Assembly (NCBI RefSeq): GCF_009914755.1
Contig: NC_060932.1
Length of the DNA stretch: 64,000 bases
DNA from: the human T2T-CHM13v2.0 reference genome, Homo sapiens
Strand: one strand, 5' to 3'
Shown: in pieces, positions 28,701 through 47,038 of the stretch
Layout: each line of letters opens with the position of its first letter
How positions within the stretch are numbered: position 1 is the stretch's first letter
Made by a program: the position numbers and the translations under genes
Notes under the pieces: generated by a model
Told to the model about the DNA's origin: nothing
Databases searched by the model: none
What the model saw: the letters and a program-made list of their open reading frames with translations, nothing else

Positions 28701-29266
28701 AATGGATGAATGGATAAAGAAAATGTGGCACATATACATAATGGGAATACTATCTGGTCATAAAATAGAATAAAGTCATGTCATTCACTACAACGTGGAT
28801 GGAATTGGAGGTCATTAATTTAAGTGAAATAAGCAAGGCATGGAAAGGCAAATACTACATGTTCTTACTCATATGTGAGAGCTAAAAATAAATAAATAAA
28901 TAACTTGGTCACATGGACACAGAGAATAGAATGATACATACGAGATAATGGATAGAGTGGGTGAATAGAAGAAGGGAAAAATGAAAAGAAGTTGGCTAAT
29001 GGGTACAAAATGCAGTTAGATAGAAGAAAAAGTTCTAATGTTTGTTAGCAGACTAAGGTGACTGTACATAGTAACAATATTGTGTGTATTTCAAAATAAT
29101 TAGAAAAGAGGACTTGAAATGATATCAAAACATAGAAATGATACTCAAGGTGATAGATACCCCAAATGCTGACTTGATCATTAAACATTCTATGCATGTC
29201 ATGAAATGTGCATTTTTGTACCCCACAAAAACATTATGTATTAATAAAAGATAAAATAAAATAAAA
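25735..29266 (+). mobile_element. L1MA4/5-like ORF2 and 3' UTR, degraded
   Basis: Endonuclease peptide LDQIDLTDIYRIF...SSAYRTFSKMD through RT to a 3' UTR with an A-rich tail. Confidence 0.9.
27940..27987. repeat. 24-bp tandem duplication inside L1
   Basis: aagatggattaaagattttaa(g/a)gt x2. Confidence 0.9.
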
Positions 29267-29310
29267 CTTTTTAAGTTTACAGACATGCACAAAAATAATT
29301 GATAACAGAG

Positions 29311-29666
29311 TGCTAAGGACTGAAAGCTTTTGTCCCCCCAAAATTCATACATTAACATCCTAATCCCAAAGATGATAGTATAAACAGTGGGGTTTTTAGT
29401 AAGTGATTAAGTCATGAGGGCTTTGAATGGAATTAATGCCCTTATAAAAGAGCCCCCAGAAGCCAGATAGCCCTTTCTACCATGTGAAGTCACTGCAAGA
29501 AATCAGCAGTCTGCAGCCTGGAAGAAGACCCTCAGCAGAATCCAACCATGCTGGCACTCTGATTTTAGACTTTCCAGACTCCAGAGCTGTGAGAAATAAA
29601 TCTCTGTTGCCTATAAGTCACCCAGTCTATGGTATTTGGTTATAGCAGGTGGAGCAGAATGAGACA
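29311..29666 (+). mobile_element. MLT1A-like solo LTR
   Basis: tgctaaggactgaa...gagaca; TSD cagag at 29306 and 29667. Confidence 0.9.
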
Positions 29667-29774
29667 CAGAGAATTAGCAAGGATATAAAAGACCTCCACA
29701 ACACTAGCAACCAAGTTGACCTGACTGATACTCTGTAAAACGTTCCACTTAACAGCAGAAACAGCAGAATACAC

Positions 29775-30115
29775 TTTTTTTTTTTTTTTTTTTTTTGAGA
29801 CAGGGTCTTGCTGTGGCACCCAGGCTGCTGGAATGCAATGGCAAGATCTCTGCTCACTGCAGCCTCAACCTCCTGGGCTCAAGCAATCCTCTGGCCTCAG
29901 CCTCTAGAGTAGGTGAGACTACAAGGGAGACTCCAGCCATGTGCCACCACATGCAGCTAAATTTTTTATTTTTTTGTGGAGACCTGTATTTTGTTTTTTG
30001 TTTGTTTGTTTCACCATGTTGCCCAGGCTGTTCTCAAACTCCTGAGCTCAAGTGATCCACATTCTTCAGCCTCCCAAAGTGCTGGGATTGCAGGCATGTG
30101 CCACCGTGTCTGGCC
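29775..30115 (-). mobile_element. AluJ (Jb-like)
   Basis: Poly-T, dimer with small internal insertions; TSD cagaatacac at 29765 and 30116. Confidence 0.92.
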
Positions 30116-31053
30116 CAGAATACACATTTTTTAAAGAGCACATGCAGCATTTTCCAGGACAGACCAAATGACAGGCTGTAAAACAAGTCTCAATAAATTT
30201 TAAAGGATTAAATTATTTAAGTGTGTTCTCTGACCATAAGAACATTGAATAGAACGGAAACTAAAACATAACGTATCAAAATGTACAAGACACAGCTAAC
30301 ACAGTTATGAGAGGTAAATTGACAGTTATAAATGGACATATTAGAAATGAAAAAGGTTTTCAAACAATTTGTCTAGATGTTCACTTCAAGTAACTAGAAG
30401 AAGTGCAAACTATCCCTAAAGCAAGCAGAAGTAAAGAAATAATAAAGAGTAAAGCAAAAACTAATAAAATAAAAATAGAAAAACAACAGGAAAAAATCAG
30501 TACAACCAAAGGTTGCTACTTTCAAAAGACCAACAAAACTGATAAAGCTTTAGCTAGACTGACTAAGAGAAAAATGAAAGAAGGCATAAATCATGAAAAT
30601 CAGAAATGAAAGAAGGGACATAATTATTGACCATACAGAAATTTTAAAAGATTATAAGATAATACTATGAGCAACTGTATGCCAATAATTTAGACAAACT
30701 ACCAAAAAATGGACAAATTACCAAAACTGACTCAAGCAGAAGTATAAATTTTGAATGTACTGAAAAAGAGAAAATAAATAAATTAGTAACTAAAAATCAC
30801 CCAACAACAACAACAAAAATATCCTAAGCCCTGATAGCTTCACTGGTGAATTCTATCGAATATTTTTATACCAATTCTTCACAAATTCCTTCAGAAAATA
30901 GAGCATGAAGGAGCACTTCCCAGCTTCTGTTGGGCTGGTATTACTTAGACACCAAGGCCACAAAAAGACGTCACAAAAATAAAAAACATAGATATATGAA
31001 TCTTTTTTCAGACATTGACAATCCAAAATCCAGCAACATATGAAAAGTTTTAT

Positions 31054-31787
31054 TTTCAAATGAAAACTACAGTGAAATAGTCACTTCACACCCACTAATT
31101 GGGCTATGATTTAAAAAGACAGACAGTTACAAATGTGGGTGAAGATGTAGAGAAATTAAAACCTTCATCCACTGCTGGTTCGAAATGTAGGATGATGCAG
31201 CTGCTTTGGAAAACAGTCTGACAGTTTCTCAACAAATTAAATACAGAACTTCTGTGTAAACCAGCAATTTCCCTTCTAAGTATATACCCAAGAAAAATGA
31301 AGACATAAATCCACACAAAAATTTGTACACAAATGTTCACAGCAACTTTACTCATAACAGCCAAACCATAATTATAACTCATTAATTTTCATACAATGAA
31401 ATGTTATTCAGCAATAAAAGTAAATGAATCACTAGTATACACTGCAATGTAGATAACCCTCAAAACATTATAAGTTAAAGAAACCATTCACAGAAGACCA
31501 CATGGTATATGATACCATTTATATGTAATGCTGTAATAGGCAAATCTATAGAGACAGAAAGTAGATCAGTCGTCACTTACACTGGGGATGGGGTGGTGAG
31601 GAGGAGGAGAGATGGAGAGTGACTGTTAATGGGCATTGAGTTTCTTTTTGCAATTATGTGAATGTTCTAAAATTAGATTGTGGTGATAGTTGCACAGCTC
31701 CGTGGATATACTAAAAATCACTGAATTGTGCACTTTAAATGGGTGAATTGTATGCTATGTGAATATATCATAATAAAACTGGTTTTA
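31054..31787 (+). mobile_element. L1MB7/8-like 3' fragment
   Basis: 3' UTR gtggtgatagttgcaca...cactttaaatgggtgaatt; TSD aaaagttttat at 31043 and 31788. Confidence 0.8.
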
Positions 31788-33696
31788 AAAAGTTTTATAT
31801 ACTATGACCTAGGGGAATTCATTCCAGGAATGCAAGATTAGCGAACATCCAGAAATACAGTCTTTCTCTGACTTTTTATGTTAAAAATAATACTGCAATG
31901 AATAGACATATTGTCATCTTTTCAGAGGGTTGTTAAAAGACAATACATCACTCCTCTATTTTCTTTTTCAGTTTAAAATTAAGCTGGAAAATGACACAGG
32001 AAATGGATAAATGGAAATCAGAATATGATCCTTATTTCTCATAAATCCAGTTGAAGAGCATGGCTTTAGATAGGCAATTAAAGTGTCTTTCGAATCCCTG
32101 CCTCTCAAACTGAGCACCCTCACAACTGGACAGCCAGGTGTTCTCCATGGGGCCGGTACGGAAATAAGTGTCAGAGAGCAAATCATGCTTTCAGGCAAGT
32201 TGGTTCTCCCATCCCTACTTCCATACCACCACCACCACACCCCCCTCCCTGCAACAAAAAGAAAAAAGTGCTCAATTCAAGTGCTCCCAACCTCAGCAAA
32301 GGAGTTTTAGTCCCTACAAATGTACATATAAAAAATGGAGATAGATGATACTCCCATAACAAGTAGTCTTGCAGAGCTACTTACACTAGACATGTGGAAT
32401 CATAATTAAACCTTCTTATGAATAAATATTTGTGGAATAAATAAATGACTAAATAACACATTTAACAGTATAGTACTGAATTGTTTTTATCCCATCTGGG
32501 GTAATATTTTTATTAAGTGTCTTTCATTTTTATATATTGCAGGGAGGGACAGCTTGAGGATAATCAGTACTTTCCAGTAAAACCCTGCCCCACTCCTGTA
32601 CTCCTAAGGGATTGCCACCTGCTTTCAGAGTGGCCAAATTCTGCTTCACTTCTCATCTCCTCATATAAAAGGATTCATGTTGAATTACCTAGCAAAGTTG
32701 AAAAAAAACACCTACAGAGGGTCCATCATGGGTGATCTAGGGAACAGTAACAGAAGGGCACAAAAAAGAAAATTGGTCTTGTAATTGCATTCTGTCAAAC
32801 AGCTAGATAAGCAGCCAGCAGTTTTGCATTAGAATGCATTCGGTTATCCTATTTACAATGGGCTAGTAATCCCATAAATATTTATTGCTGAACTAAGAAA
32901 AGCAACATAAGCTTTTACCCTTTGAGAAAGGTCTGTAACATGCATGGTGTCAGTAAAGTAGGAAACCCTGATGATTTGGTTACTTCTTAATATGTTAGAG
33001 TCTGGACTGTGCTTGGCACATGTGAACAGTTTGAATGCAGTTGTCAGTGCTTGTTCCTGGAGGACAATTGTAAGCATATGTTTCAGTAGGTGAGCTATCA
33101 AACCCACAGCTGCTCTCTACCCTGAACCTGAGGCAGGACAATGGGAAACCCAGGCATTGGCAGATTTAACTTTGAATGGTTGAGTACAGGGATCAATCCG
33201 TTTAGAGAGCAACAAATGCAAGAACAGCAGGAGAAAAACAGAAAAAGAAAATACTTTTCTTGAGATGATTCTGTATCTGTGTACATTACATAATTTTAAT
33301 CATTCATTGTGGCTTGAGGGAAATAACTGATGCTTTCCTTGAAAGGCATGGCATTCCTCAAGCAATAAATATATTTCATTTCCAGTTTTATATGCTGTAT
33401 GTGTCAAGTAAACAAATATTAAAAACATATCGCTTATTGTTTTACAGGTATTTTCATATTCTGTTTACTCTCCAAAAGATTTAGGCAGCTAGCAATAGAA
33501 GCACAAAAATTGAAAAGACCAAAAACAGCTATTAATAAAACAAAGAAAATAGTCAAAAATAAGAGAAAGGCAGAGAAAAAGAACAAAACCTCCTGCCCCC
33601 AAAATCTCCAATAGTTAGCCATGATACTTAATTATAAACTTCCTGTGTAACCAGGACAAAGAGGAAAACTCAGTTAATAAATACTATCATCCTCTT

Positions 33697-36611
<2,915 letters not shown>

Positions 36612-36714
36612 TGAGAATTTCTCAAAACTGCACATCAATACAAAATGTGTTTTTCTTGCTGTCTTGGTGTGATGCTGAATACCACTAGGCAGTGAGCAAG
36701 AGGCTCTTTTCCTT

Positions 36715-36780
36715 GTGTGTGTGTGTGTGTGTCTGTCTGTCTGTCTGTGTGTGTGTGTGTGTGTGTGTCTGTCTGTGTGT
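36715..36780. repeat. Compound (GT)n/(GTCT)n microsatellite
   Basis: Seen directly. Confidence 0.95.
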
Positions 36781-37129
36781 ACAGCAGAAATTCTAAAAGG
36801 AAAATAATTATTCTCTCTTAAATATCTGCTGTATGTCTAGTACGTTTCCAGGCACTGGGGATACACAGAAAACAAAACAGATGTGGTCTTGCCCTCACTG
36901 CACTTAAAAGCTATTGAGAAAGACATGCTTTGGGCAAGTAATAACAACTCTGATAAGTGCTACTCACAGTGATGGGTGCATAATCCTCCCATCACAGATA
37001 ACAGGGAGATTCGGCTTAGCCCTGGTCAGTAGAGCATTTATCTCTGCCTAGGTGAGTGGTAGGTTTAAATATGCTAAAGTTTAAATCCTATCTCGGCCGA
37101 TGACCATCCCCATAGCCTCAGCCATGTTG

Positions 37130-37385
37130 CTCAGCTTCTCCGTAGTAATTGTATTATTGTGAGGACTAAATAGGTCTTTTCTCATGGCAGTCTCATGACT
37201 AAGAGTATATCAGCAGAAGCTTCAAGGTCTCTGAGTCCAAGTCTTAAAACTCCTCAAATCTCACTTCTGCTGCATCCCACTGGTCAAAGTAAGTCACAAA
37301 GGCAACCTAGATTCAAAGGATGAGAATACAGTTTCCACCCGTTTAGAGGAAATGCAAAGTGCCATGGCCATTTTGGCAATCTTCC
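37130..37385 (-). mobile_element. Old MLT1 (H/I/J-like) LTR fragment
   Basis: tcacttctgctgcatcccactggtcaaagtaagtcaca...agattcaagg. Confidence 0.55.
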
Positions 37386-38057
37386 ACATGACAGTGGAGA
37401 ATATAAAATGAACCAACAAGAACATAAAATGAACAGCTCTTAGTGTATGACTGGACATGGGGAAGTGGAAGAAAAAGGAAAAAAGGAGCCAATGATGACA
37501 CCACATTTTCTGTCCAGAGCAAACTATGTGGGTATTTTTGCAAATCACTTGGTACTGAATTGAGAACCAGTGAAAATTTAACCAACAATTTTAGAATATT
37601 TTGTTATTATTTGGAGTTTTTCAAAGGTCCAAATAAATGACTCAGGCTGGTGTGAGAATCATAATCCTCAATATTATTAAATATTGTTGAATTTGTTTTG
37701 ACTTTGATCCTCAAAACTGAAAACATTCTTCAATGTGTAGACCAAGACATAAATTGCTTATACTAGTTCCATTACAACAAATTCCACATATATCCTGATT
37801 GATACCAGTTATGTTGAAGTGTTTCTAACACTGTAAATGCCTATTCCTCCCATGTGAGAATTAGCTTATTTTAAGGTGTTTTGACTTTCACTTATATAAT
37901 GATTGAAAACTTCCCTGTGAAAAAACTATTATCCATCTTCATAACAGTTTCCAGAAAAATTAACAGCACTACCTTACCAAAGGACCCAGAAGTAAACATT
38001 ATTGAATATATTTTTTGTTTGTTTTTGTTTCTGTGCTGATTGTTCTGTCTTTCTTGG

Positions 38058-38185
38058 CTTTATTGAGGTACAGTTGACAAAAATTGTATATATTCAAGGT
38101 GTACAACCTGATGTTTTGATATGTATGCATTGTGAGATAATTACACTATCAAGTTAATTAAAATATTTATCACCTCACATAGTTC
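38058..38185 (-). mobile_element. L1MA8-10-like 3' terminal fragment
   Basis: tttattgaggta...aaggtgtacaac...atcacctcacatagtt. Confidence 0.75.
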
Positions 38186-38899
38186 CAGGTATCACTACCT
38201 CTTTAGTTAAATTCATGACCAGGGATACTAATATAAAAATTTCAATAGTCTGAGACCTCTTATCCTCAACCCTACCCATGTAAATGAAACTCTGGTGGCT
38301 TCAATGTGAATACTCCTAAATATCTCTTCCTGTCTTCCTTTCTGCATCTATGCAGCCACTGCCTTAATTTAAGCTTGGAACAGTACCTGAATAGGTCTCC
38401 CTTCCTGTACCTCCCCCTTTTAAAGCTATTGTCTGTATGTTTCTAAAATGTAAATCCAATTATTAACTTATCAACTTAAAAAAAGTGAATTTCTCTATCA
38501 GAGAGTCCATTCCAAACCAATATTTTCAATGGATTACAGAATAAATTAGCAGATTTATTTAACCTATTCTCAAACTTTCAACAAGAGAAAGCATACATTT
38601 GCAAGGAAATTGGACTGTTATTTCCAAGCCACACTCTTCATTTTCTTGGCTATAATTCAAGCAGCATGTTCAACATTATTTGGGTGGAGACATTGGATAT
38701 AAGTTGTGTCTGGTGCTTTCAGTTTCAAAGTAATGGGGTTTGTTTTTAGTTTCCAGGCTTATTTCTCACCACATGTCAGTGGCGGAGAATGATGGATATG
38801 ATGTAGCTGCATGATGACTGCCTTTCAATTTTGAGTTTTTGAGTTGTTTGAGATCTTTCTCTGATGTTCTACGTGGCCTTGGGTCAGTTAAGAGCACAC

Positions 38900-39345
38900 A
38901 CATAATGATTGCTTGCTCATGCCAAAAATGGAGAGAAGAATAAAACATGGTCCTTGTTCTCAAGGACCCCATAGCCCTGTAGGTAAGACAGACCTTCAAC
39001 AGGTAATAGTAGCTCAGTGTGATACACACTAACATAAAGTTAGAGGACCAAGGTATCAAGGAAAAGTGGATTGAGGAAGGGATCTGGTGAAATGTGGGAA
39101 CATTTCACAGATAAGCTGACACATGAATAAGTCTTGAAAGATGAATAGAAATTTATAGGTTAAAAAGCCAGGGAATAATATTCCAGTGAAGGGGGAACAG
39201 CACAGACAATTTTATGAAGATGTAAAACAACATAGTACATTCAGGTGAGTGAAATGATTTAGTGTAATGATTTAATAGGAAAAGTGGTGGAAGATAAGGA
39301 ACAAAAAGGTAGGTGGGTACTAAACCCATGAAGGGCTTCCTACTC
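38900..39345 (-). mobile_element. L2 relic
   Basis: catggtccttgttctcaagga...gtcttgaaagatgaataga...ttccag. Confidence 0.55.
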
Positions 39346-41659
39346 TGTGCATGCCCAAGGTGATATACATAGGGTGCAGTGTTGGGTTGAACCATAAGAG
39401 ATAATCCTTTATGTTGGTCAAAAGAGTCAACTATTGGAGTTTCAGAGATGCAAAATACTACAATTCATCTGTGGAGTCTTAAGCCACCTTCAACTTTGGC
39501 ATTTAGAAGTGAGTATGCCTAACCTGACACATCCGCTTGTGAGAAAAAGAAGCCCAGTCAACGTTTTTCAGGTAGTGGGTGGTTTTACCAAGGGAAAAAA
39601 AAAAGCACTCCCAAAAGTCCAAGAACAAGAGTTGGACTCAGCTGATGGAAATGATCCCCACCCTGCCTTCCCCATAGCTTGCTGGTTTTTTTGTAAATTT
39701 CATTTTTCTTTCTCCGTCAATTGACATTTTTTACTTATAGTTTCTGCTTCCTCATGGCTTTATCTCACTATAGACATGGCACCCCAAGCCCTTCTCCAAA
39801 TCAAAACTTTTTGGCTTCAGCTTTCTCAGCAACTGAGAACTTACAAACCTGTTTTGAAATCCTGAAAGGATGAATCTCATTGGTTCAGCTAATCTTTTTT
39901 TTACTAGGCTGTGGGTTACTGGCCAGTTTATGAGCTGGTTGTCCCTCTTTAAGTCCACTACCTATCAGTAGATCCATTACCTGTGACTGTGGGAATAACA
40001 TGGAGACGTAGTGGTAGGAGGGTGGATGGGACCACTTCCCTCAGAAGTGATTATGGTGGGCAGGCCTGTTGAGGCTGAGCAGCTCTGCTTATTTCTCCCA
40101 GTAAAGTTGGCATAAAAGCCTCTGAGTTGATTCTCGAGGTCTAAGAAAATCTAATCTCCAACATTGTAGTTTCAGCTCTAAGAACATCTAAGATATGCAT
40201 CCTAAATGTCATTACCCAGAATGTCTATAATCTTCATCAAACCTGATATTTCTACATTAATTAATTCCTAACATTACTGGAATTTGAGCCCAAGGTTGGG
40301 GGGAAATCACTAATAAAGTCACAACAGAAAGATGCCCTGTTTTATTAACCAAATGCATCTGACCATATAAACAATTGTTGACAGTCATTTCTTTTCTACC
40401 TACTCACATTGGATGTGCTTGAACATCTGCTTTCTGCCCTTTAAAATAAAAGGCCTCTCTTACAACATCAGTGGCTATTAGAATAGGTGAGCTGCAGTGC
40501 TAGCAATAGCTTTGTTCTTCTTCTTATCACTGCTTTTGCCTTCTGTTTGCCACCATTAGTAGCCTTTGCACATAAAGCCTATTAATTTCTCTACAGTAAG
40601 TAAGGTGGCTTGACTAGTAATAAGTGGCATCAAAATGAGCTGATTTTTTTAACATGTTCAGATTCTAGTCTGGCTCCAATAAATATCAAATAAATCATGA
40701 GACAAATGTCATAGACAACTCCTTTTTCACTTCCTATGTCGTGTATAAGTACATGAAAAATCCATTCAACAGTCACTAATGAACGCTATTAATAGATAAA
40801 ATGTCATCAGGCAAAAGCAGAGCTCAGTAACAGTACTTACAAAATAGTCCTGGATTCTGAAGCGGCTCTCTGGAAAATCTATACCCACCCCCCCACCAAA
40901 TCTACATAAAATACTGTTCTTACATATCTATTAAAGTGTTTCTTGAGGTGAGGGGCTGGGAAGGGAAAAGTAAGGGTAGCGAGCAGGAGAAACGGAGATC
41001 TGTTTGAGCTCAGCCCTTCTTCTAGCCTCATGTTCTTTCCTCTCCATCTCCTACACTTGTTACTTATTTATTAGGGAGAGCATTACAAATAATGTCAGAC
41101 TTCCTGGTAGTTGCCTACAGCCCTGTGATACTGCGTATAATTTGTATTCCAGCATTGAAGTGTCTAACGTGGTAGAAATGAGGAGTAGCTTCCTGACACA
41201 CGGACTGTGAGTGCAGAGATAGTGAAGGGGGTGTAGCTGAAGAGCACAGCACTAGCTGTCTCTTGGCTCCTGCTGCTTCTTTTATTGCCTTTCCCCCTTC
41301 TAGCTTGTTCATGCCAATATTTATCCATCCATCCATCCATCTATGATCTTTCCATCCCCTTCACACAACTTATTGTGTACCTGTGTGTGTATATCATGGT
41401 GCCAGTGACCACAATTTGACTTAAGCTCAGCATATCAAAATCTGTAGAGAGCAAGGTCCAGGAATTTGTATAATTAATCAACTCTAAAGATGATTCTGAT
41501 TCTCAGACCTGTCTGAGTACCGCTTATTTAGCAGCTTCAAATATGTTTGACCTGGATTGCTACCACCAAGGAGGTCCCCCTTTGACTTTTTCTTATCTGC
41601 TGCTAAAACCTTATCCTGATTATTTTCTTCTCTTACAAATGTAACACAAAAGGAAACCA

Positions 41660-41835
41660 ATAACTAATATGTCTAAGGTTTTTGCCAACATTTATAATTG
41701 AAATAAATGCTAAAATTGAGTTAGAGGTTAGTGAAAAGAAAAATGTACTTTTTTCCCCACCATGTTCATGGGTCCCCTGAATTCCATCCACAAGCCCCTT
41801 GGGTGCCTATGGACCCCAGGTTGAGAAGTACTGTA
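41660..41835. mobile_element. hAT-Charlie DNA transposon fragment
   Basis: gttagtgaaaa...ggaccccaggttgagaa terminal motif. Confidence 0.45.
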
Positions 41836-42457
41836 AACAGGAATTTTACAGCAGTGCTGTGCAGCACAAAAGGCACCAACCCATCCTAGAATCAAGCAGT
41901 CTTAAGTTTAGATCCCAGCTCCAGAATTTACTCGCTATAGAACGTTCAGCTAGAAGGTACTTAACTTCTCAATGTCTTCATTTTGTCTTTTGTCTTTTTT
42001 TTTAGCTCTAAAATGGAATTAAGAGAGAATTAGTAACAATAATGTCTTATAAGTTTCTAAATTTAATTAGATAACATAGGTAGTATCTTGGAACATTATG
42101 AATGTTCAAAATTAGGTTCAGTATATATTATTCACCTTTCCCCATGTTAATCTAAATTACCTGAAGGATCCTTAGGCCCAGAAAATCATTATTGTATGAA
42201 CTCACTTTAACTGTATCAGCTAGTCATGTTTTCAGTTGAAATTACTATGTATTAATCACATTTTCAAATATGTGTATGCATGTGTGTATGTATGAAATGA
42301 CCCTAACTCTGCAATTTGTGAATCTGTATAAATCCACCAAATATCCAGATCCCAACCAAGCCTCAAAACCTTTCAAAGACCCTTTTTAAAAGTGTTGATT
42401 TGGCCAAAAAAATGACTGTCTTCAATTCTCCACCTTTAGTTTGAGGCTTACCAATTA

Positions 42458-42823
<366 letters not shown>

Positions 42824-43178
42824 CTAGATACTGCATCCAGTCTCTGCAGATGCTCAAGGCTGCTCAATTTGTCTAGATGATTACACTGCCCAAATGCACA
42901 CATGATGCTCGACATTCATCTAATTGCAGGCAGCCAATCTGAATTCCTCACATGTAGGCCATTGATGACTAAATGTATCCAGAGATCTGGATTTACAGAG
43001 AATATTTTCTCATAACAACACTTAAATCTCAAAGAATTGTTTACACCCAGACTCTAGTCTTAACCTATCTTGTACTGTGCAGAGGAACAAGTATGTACAG
43101 GATAGTAAGCACTGTGTAATTTAATTTGGTAGAAAGGGGAAGTGTGATTTTTATGCTGAAAGAATACTAGTTTTTGTA

Positions 43179-43179
<1 letters not shown>

Positions 43180-43228
<49 letters not shown>
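43180..43228. repeat. (CA)n microsatellite
   Basis: Seen directly. Confidence 0.95.
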
Positions 43229-43231
<3 letters not shown>

Positions 43232-44387
43232 TACTCATGAACACACATTGAGCTTAACAAAAATTTCAAGGCACCATTCTGAAATCTGTCCATTAGCACT
43301 TCAAGTGTGATTTTATTCATACATGCTGGTTCTCCTGAAAAAGGTGGACTTTATCTCACAAGTATTTTAGACTAACTTAAAGACAGCATGAAGTGCTCTC
43401 TGATTCCATTTGTTTAGAGAACAATAGCCCCTCTGTGATATAACAGGAATTGGATGAAAATATCTTCTACCTATTGTTTCTTCTGTATGTGACTTGATCT
43501 TTATTCTCTGTAAAAAGCAGAATTTCTTTGTTTCCGAGAAGGATCTCTCCTCAGGAGGATTAAAACTCTTTTCTTACAGCTCTTTAGCAGAAATCACTTT
43601 CATAGCTAAACAAGAGCATAGTAAATGGATTTTTTCCAGACCCTAAAACTTACATAAATGGGCTCTCTTGTTCACCCAAAGGTCAGGAAAATGCAGTCTG
43701 CAAATAACAAATGGTAGAAATCCACATAATAGACTCCTTGGTCATAGGTGAATTTAGCAGCAGGCACTTTTGGAAAATGTGTACACATGTAAGTTAAAAG
43801 AATGATTCTACCAAAATCTTGCAGATGATGAGCAGTTAAAATAATGTTGGGAAAAAATGACTCATCCTTTTTATACTTGAGATGAACGATGCAAAATGGA
43901 GTGCCCTTCCATTGTTTACCTGTGTCTCCTGCCAGACAGTGACCTCCCTCAGCTCGCAGGGCCTTACTTATTTTTTCTCATGTCTGGCAGAGAGTCTCAT
44001 ATATGGTAGACTTTCAATAAATATTAGTGGAAAATGATGAACACATAAATGAATTAAAAATTGTAACCAGCAATGTCTAAACAAGGTAAAAACAACTATA
44101 ATGTTATGGGCTAAATTGTATGCCCCAGAAACTCATGCTGAAGTCCTAACCCTCAGTGACTCAGAATGTGACCTTATGGAAAGGAGTCTCTGAAGACAAT
44201 AATTAGTTAAGATACGGTCACAGTGGAGTAGAGTGAGCCCCTAATTCCATGTGACTATTGTTATTATAAAAAGGGGAAATTTGTAGACCGACCCTCACAC
44301 AAGGAGAATGCCATGTGAAGAATGGAGTTATGCTGCCACAAATTAATGAACTGCCAGATGCTAGACATGGAACAGATTCTTCCCAAA

Positions 44388-45080
<693 letters not shown>

Positions 45081-45641
45081 CCATGACCCTTTTCACCTTG
45101 ATCTCAGACTTCTGGCTTGCAGAACTGAGATAATAAATTGTTGTTGTTTAAGCCAATCAGTTTGTGGGCATTTTGTTTTTTACAACACATAGCCCTAGCA
45201 CACTAATACACATAGCAATTAAGAATTTGGAAGTAGGAAGAGTACCAAAAATGTTGAAAGGAAAGGAGATATCAAGAAAACATTGCTACCAGAGGCAGTG
45301 TCCTAACCACTAATTAGGATGGAAGAACTGGACTATAATGCCTTTGGAAGAAATAGGCCCCTGACCTGGAGTCAAGGCAGTAACCAGATGGGGACTCACA
45401 GGACCAAGGTGTCCATCAAAGGGGGTTGAAGATCAAATAGCACATGAGGGCCTGCTTTGAGGTTGGAATTAGAGCTGGTTAAATGTTTTCTTTATCAAGT
45501 TTAAATTGTTGTTGGGACTGGAAATGGAGGGGAATTGTATGTGGAGATCTAGAGAATATGAACATAGTGAGGAGGGATGCATAAACTAGGAAGCAGTCTG
45601 CCCAAAATAATTTCATCATGTTTGGAGCATATTTCCTACTT

Positions 45642-46650
45642 AAAGTAATAATCAGCAGAGTTAACAGACAACCCACAAAGTGTGAGAAAATCTTCATAAT
45701 CTATACATCTGACAAAGTACTAATATCTACAGTGTACAAAGAACTCAAACAAATCAGCAAGAAAAAAACAAACAATTGCATCAAAAAGTAGGCTAAGGGC
45801 ATGAATAGATCATTCTCAAAAGAAGATATACAAATAGCCAACAAGCATACGGAAAAATGCTCAACATCACTAATTATCAGGGAAATGCAAATCAAAACCA
45901 CAATGTGATACCACCTAACTCCTGCAAGAATGGACATAATCAAAAAATCAAAAAATAGTAAATGTTGATGTGGATACAGTGAAAAGGGAAGACTTTTACA
46001 CTGTTGGTGGGAATGTAAACTAGTATAACCACAATGAAAAACAGTGTGGAGATTCCTTAAAGAACTAAAAGTAAATCTACCATTTGATCCAGCAATCCCA
46101 CTACTACTTATCTACCCAGAGAAAAGTAAGTCATTATATAAAAAAGATACTTGCACATGCATGTTTATAGCAACACATTTGTAATTGCAAAACTATGGAA
46201 TCAGCCCAAATGCCCATCAATCCACCAACGAGTGGATAGAGAGAAAATGTGGCATATATATAGTATGCAATACTAGTCAGCCATAAAAAGGAACAAAATA
46301 ATGGCATTTGTAGCAACCTGGGTGGAATTGGAGGCTATTATTCTAAGTGAAGTAACTCAGGAATGGAAAACCAAATATCATATGTTCTCACTCATGAGTT
46401 GGAGCTAAGATATGAGGACGCAATGCATAAGAATGATACAATGGAATTTGGGGACTTGGGGGAAAGACTGGGAGGTGGGTGAGGGATAAAAGACTATAAA
46501 TTGGGTACAGTGTATACTGTTTGGGTGATGGATGCACCAAAATCTCATAAATCACCACTAAAGAACTTATTCATGTAACCAAACACTACCCGTTCCCCAA
46601 AAAACCTATTGAAATAAATAATAAATAAACAAACAAATAAATAAATAAAA
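45642..46650 (+). mobile_element. L1PB1-like 3' fragment
   Basis: ORF2 C-terminus and 3' UTR gggataaaagact...aaatcaccactaaagaactta; (TAAA)n tail. Confidence 0.88.
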
Positions 46651-47038
46651 AGTTAAATTGGCCATACTGCATATGCAATGGGATTATAATTTTGTATATG
46701 CCAGTGGTTGATTCTGCCAATTATTACTCGTGGAGGGGTTCATGCAAGACCCTCTGCAAAGCATTGTTTGTGATACAAAGTATTCTAGGACTCTGGAGTA
46801 AGACCAAAGACCAAGTCTACCACTCTGCCACTTATCTGCTGTGATGGAATTCCCTTCTAGTACTGAATTTTATGCTATGACCTCAGATCTATTTCTAAAA
46901 GGAGGAATTCCCAGTACACAGAACTAAAATCATCATGTAGATCTGCAGACATACAGCCTGCACCTTCCAGGGATTTTCTCTACTATAAATTCACTACGGA
47001 GAATTTCGGTAAAGCCATGTTTTTCTTTAAAAACAATA

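Larger units (their letters stand above)
29667..31856 (+). mobile_element. Ancient L1M ORF2 remnant (host), interrupted by AluJ and L1MB
   Basis: Degenerate endonuclease/RT sequence (aaggatataaaagacc..., gcttcactggtgaattcta..., attccaggaatgcaag). Confidence 0.7.
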
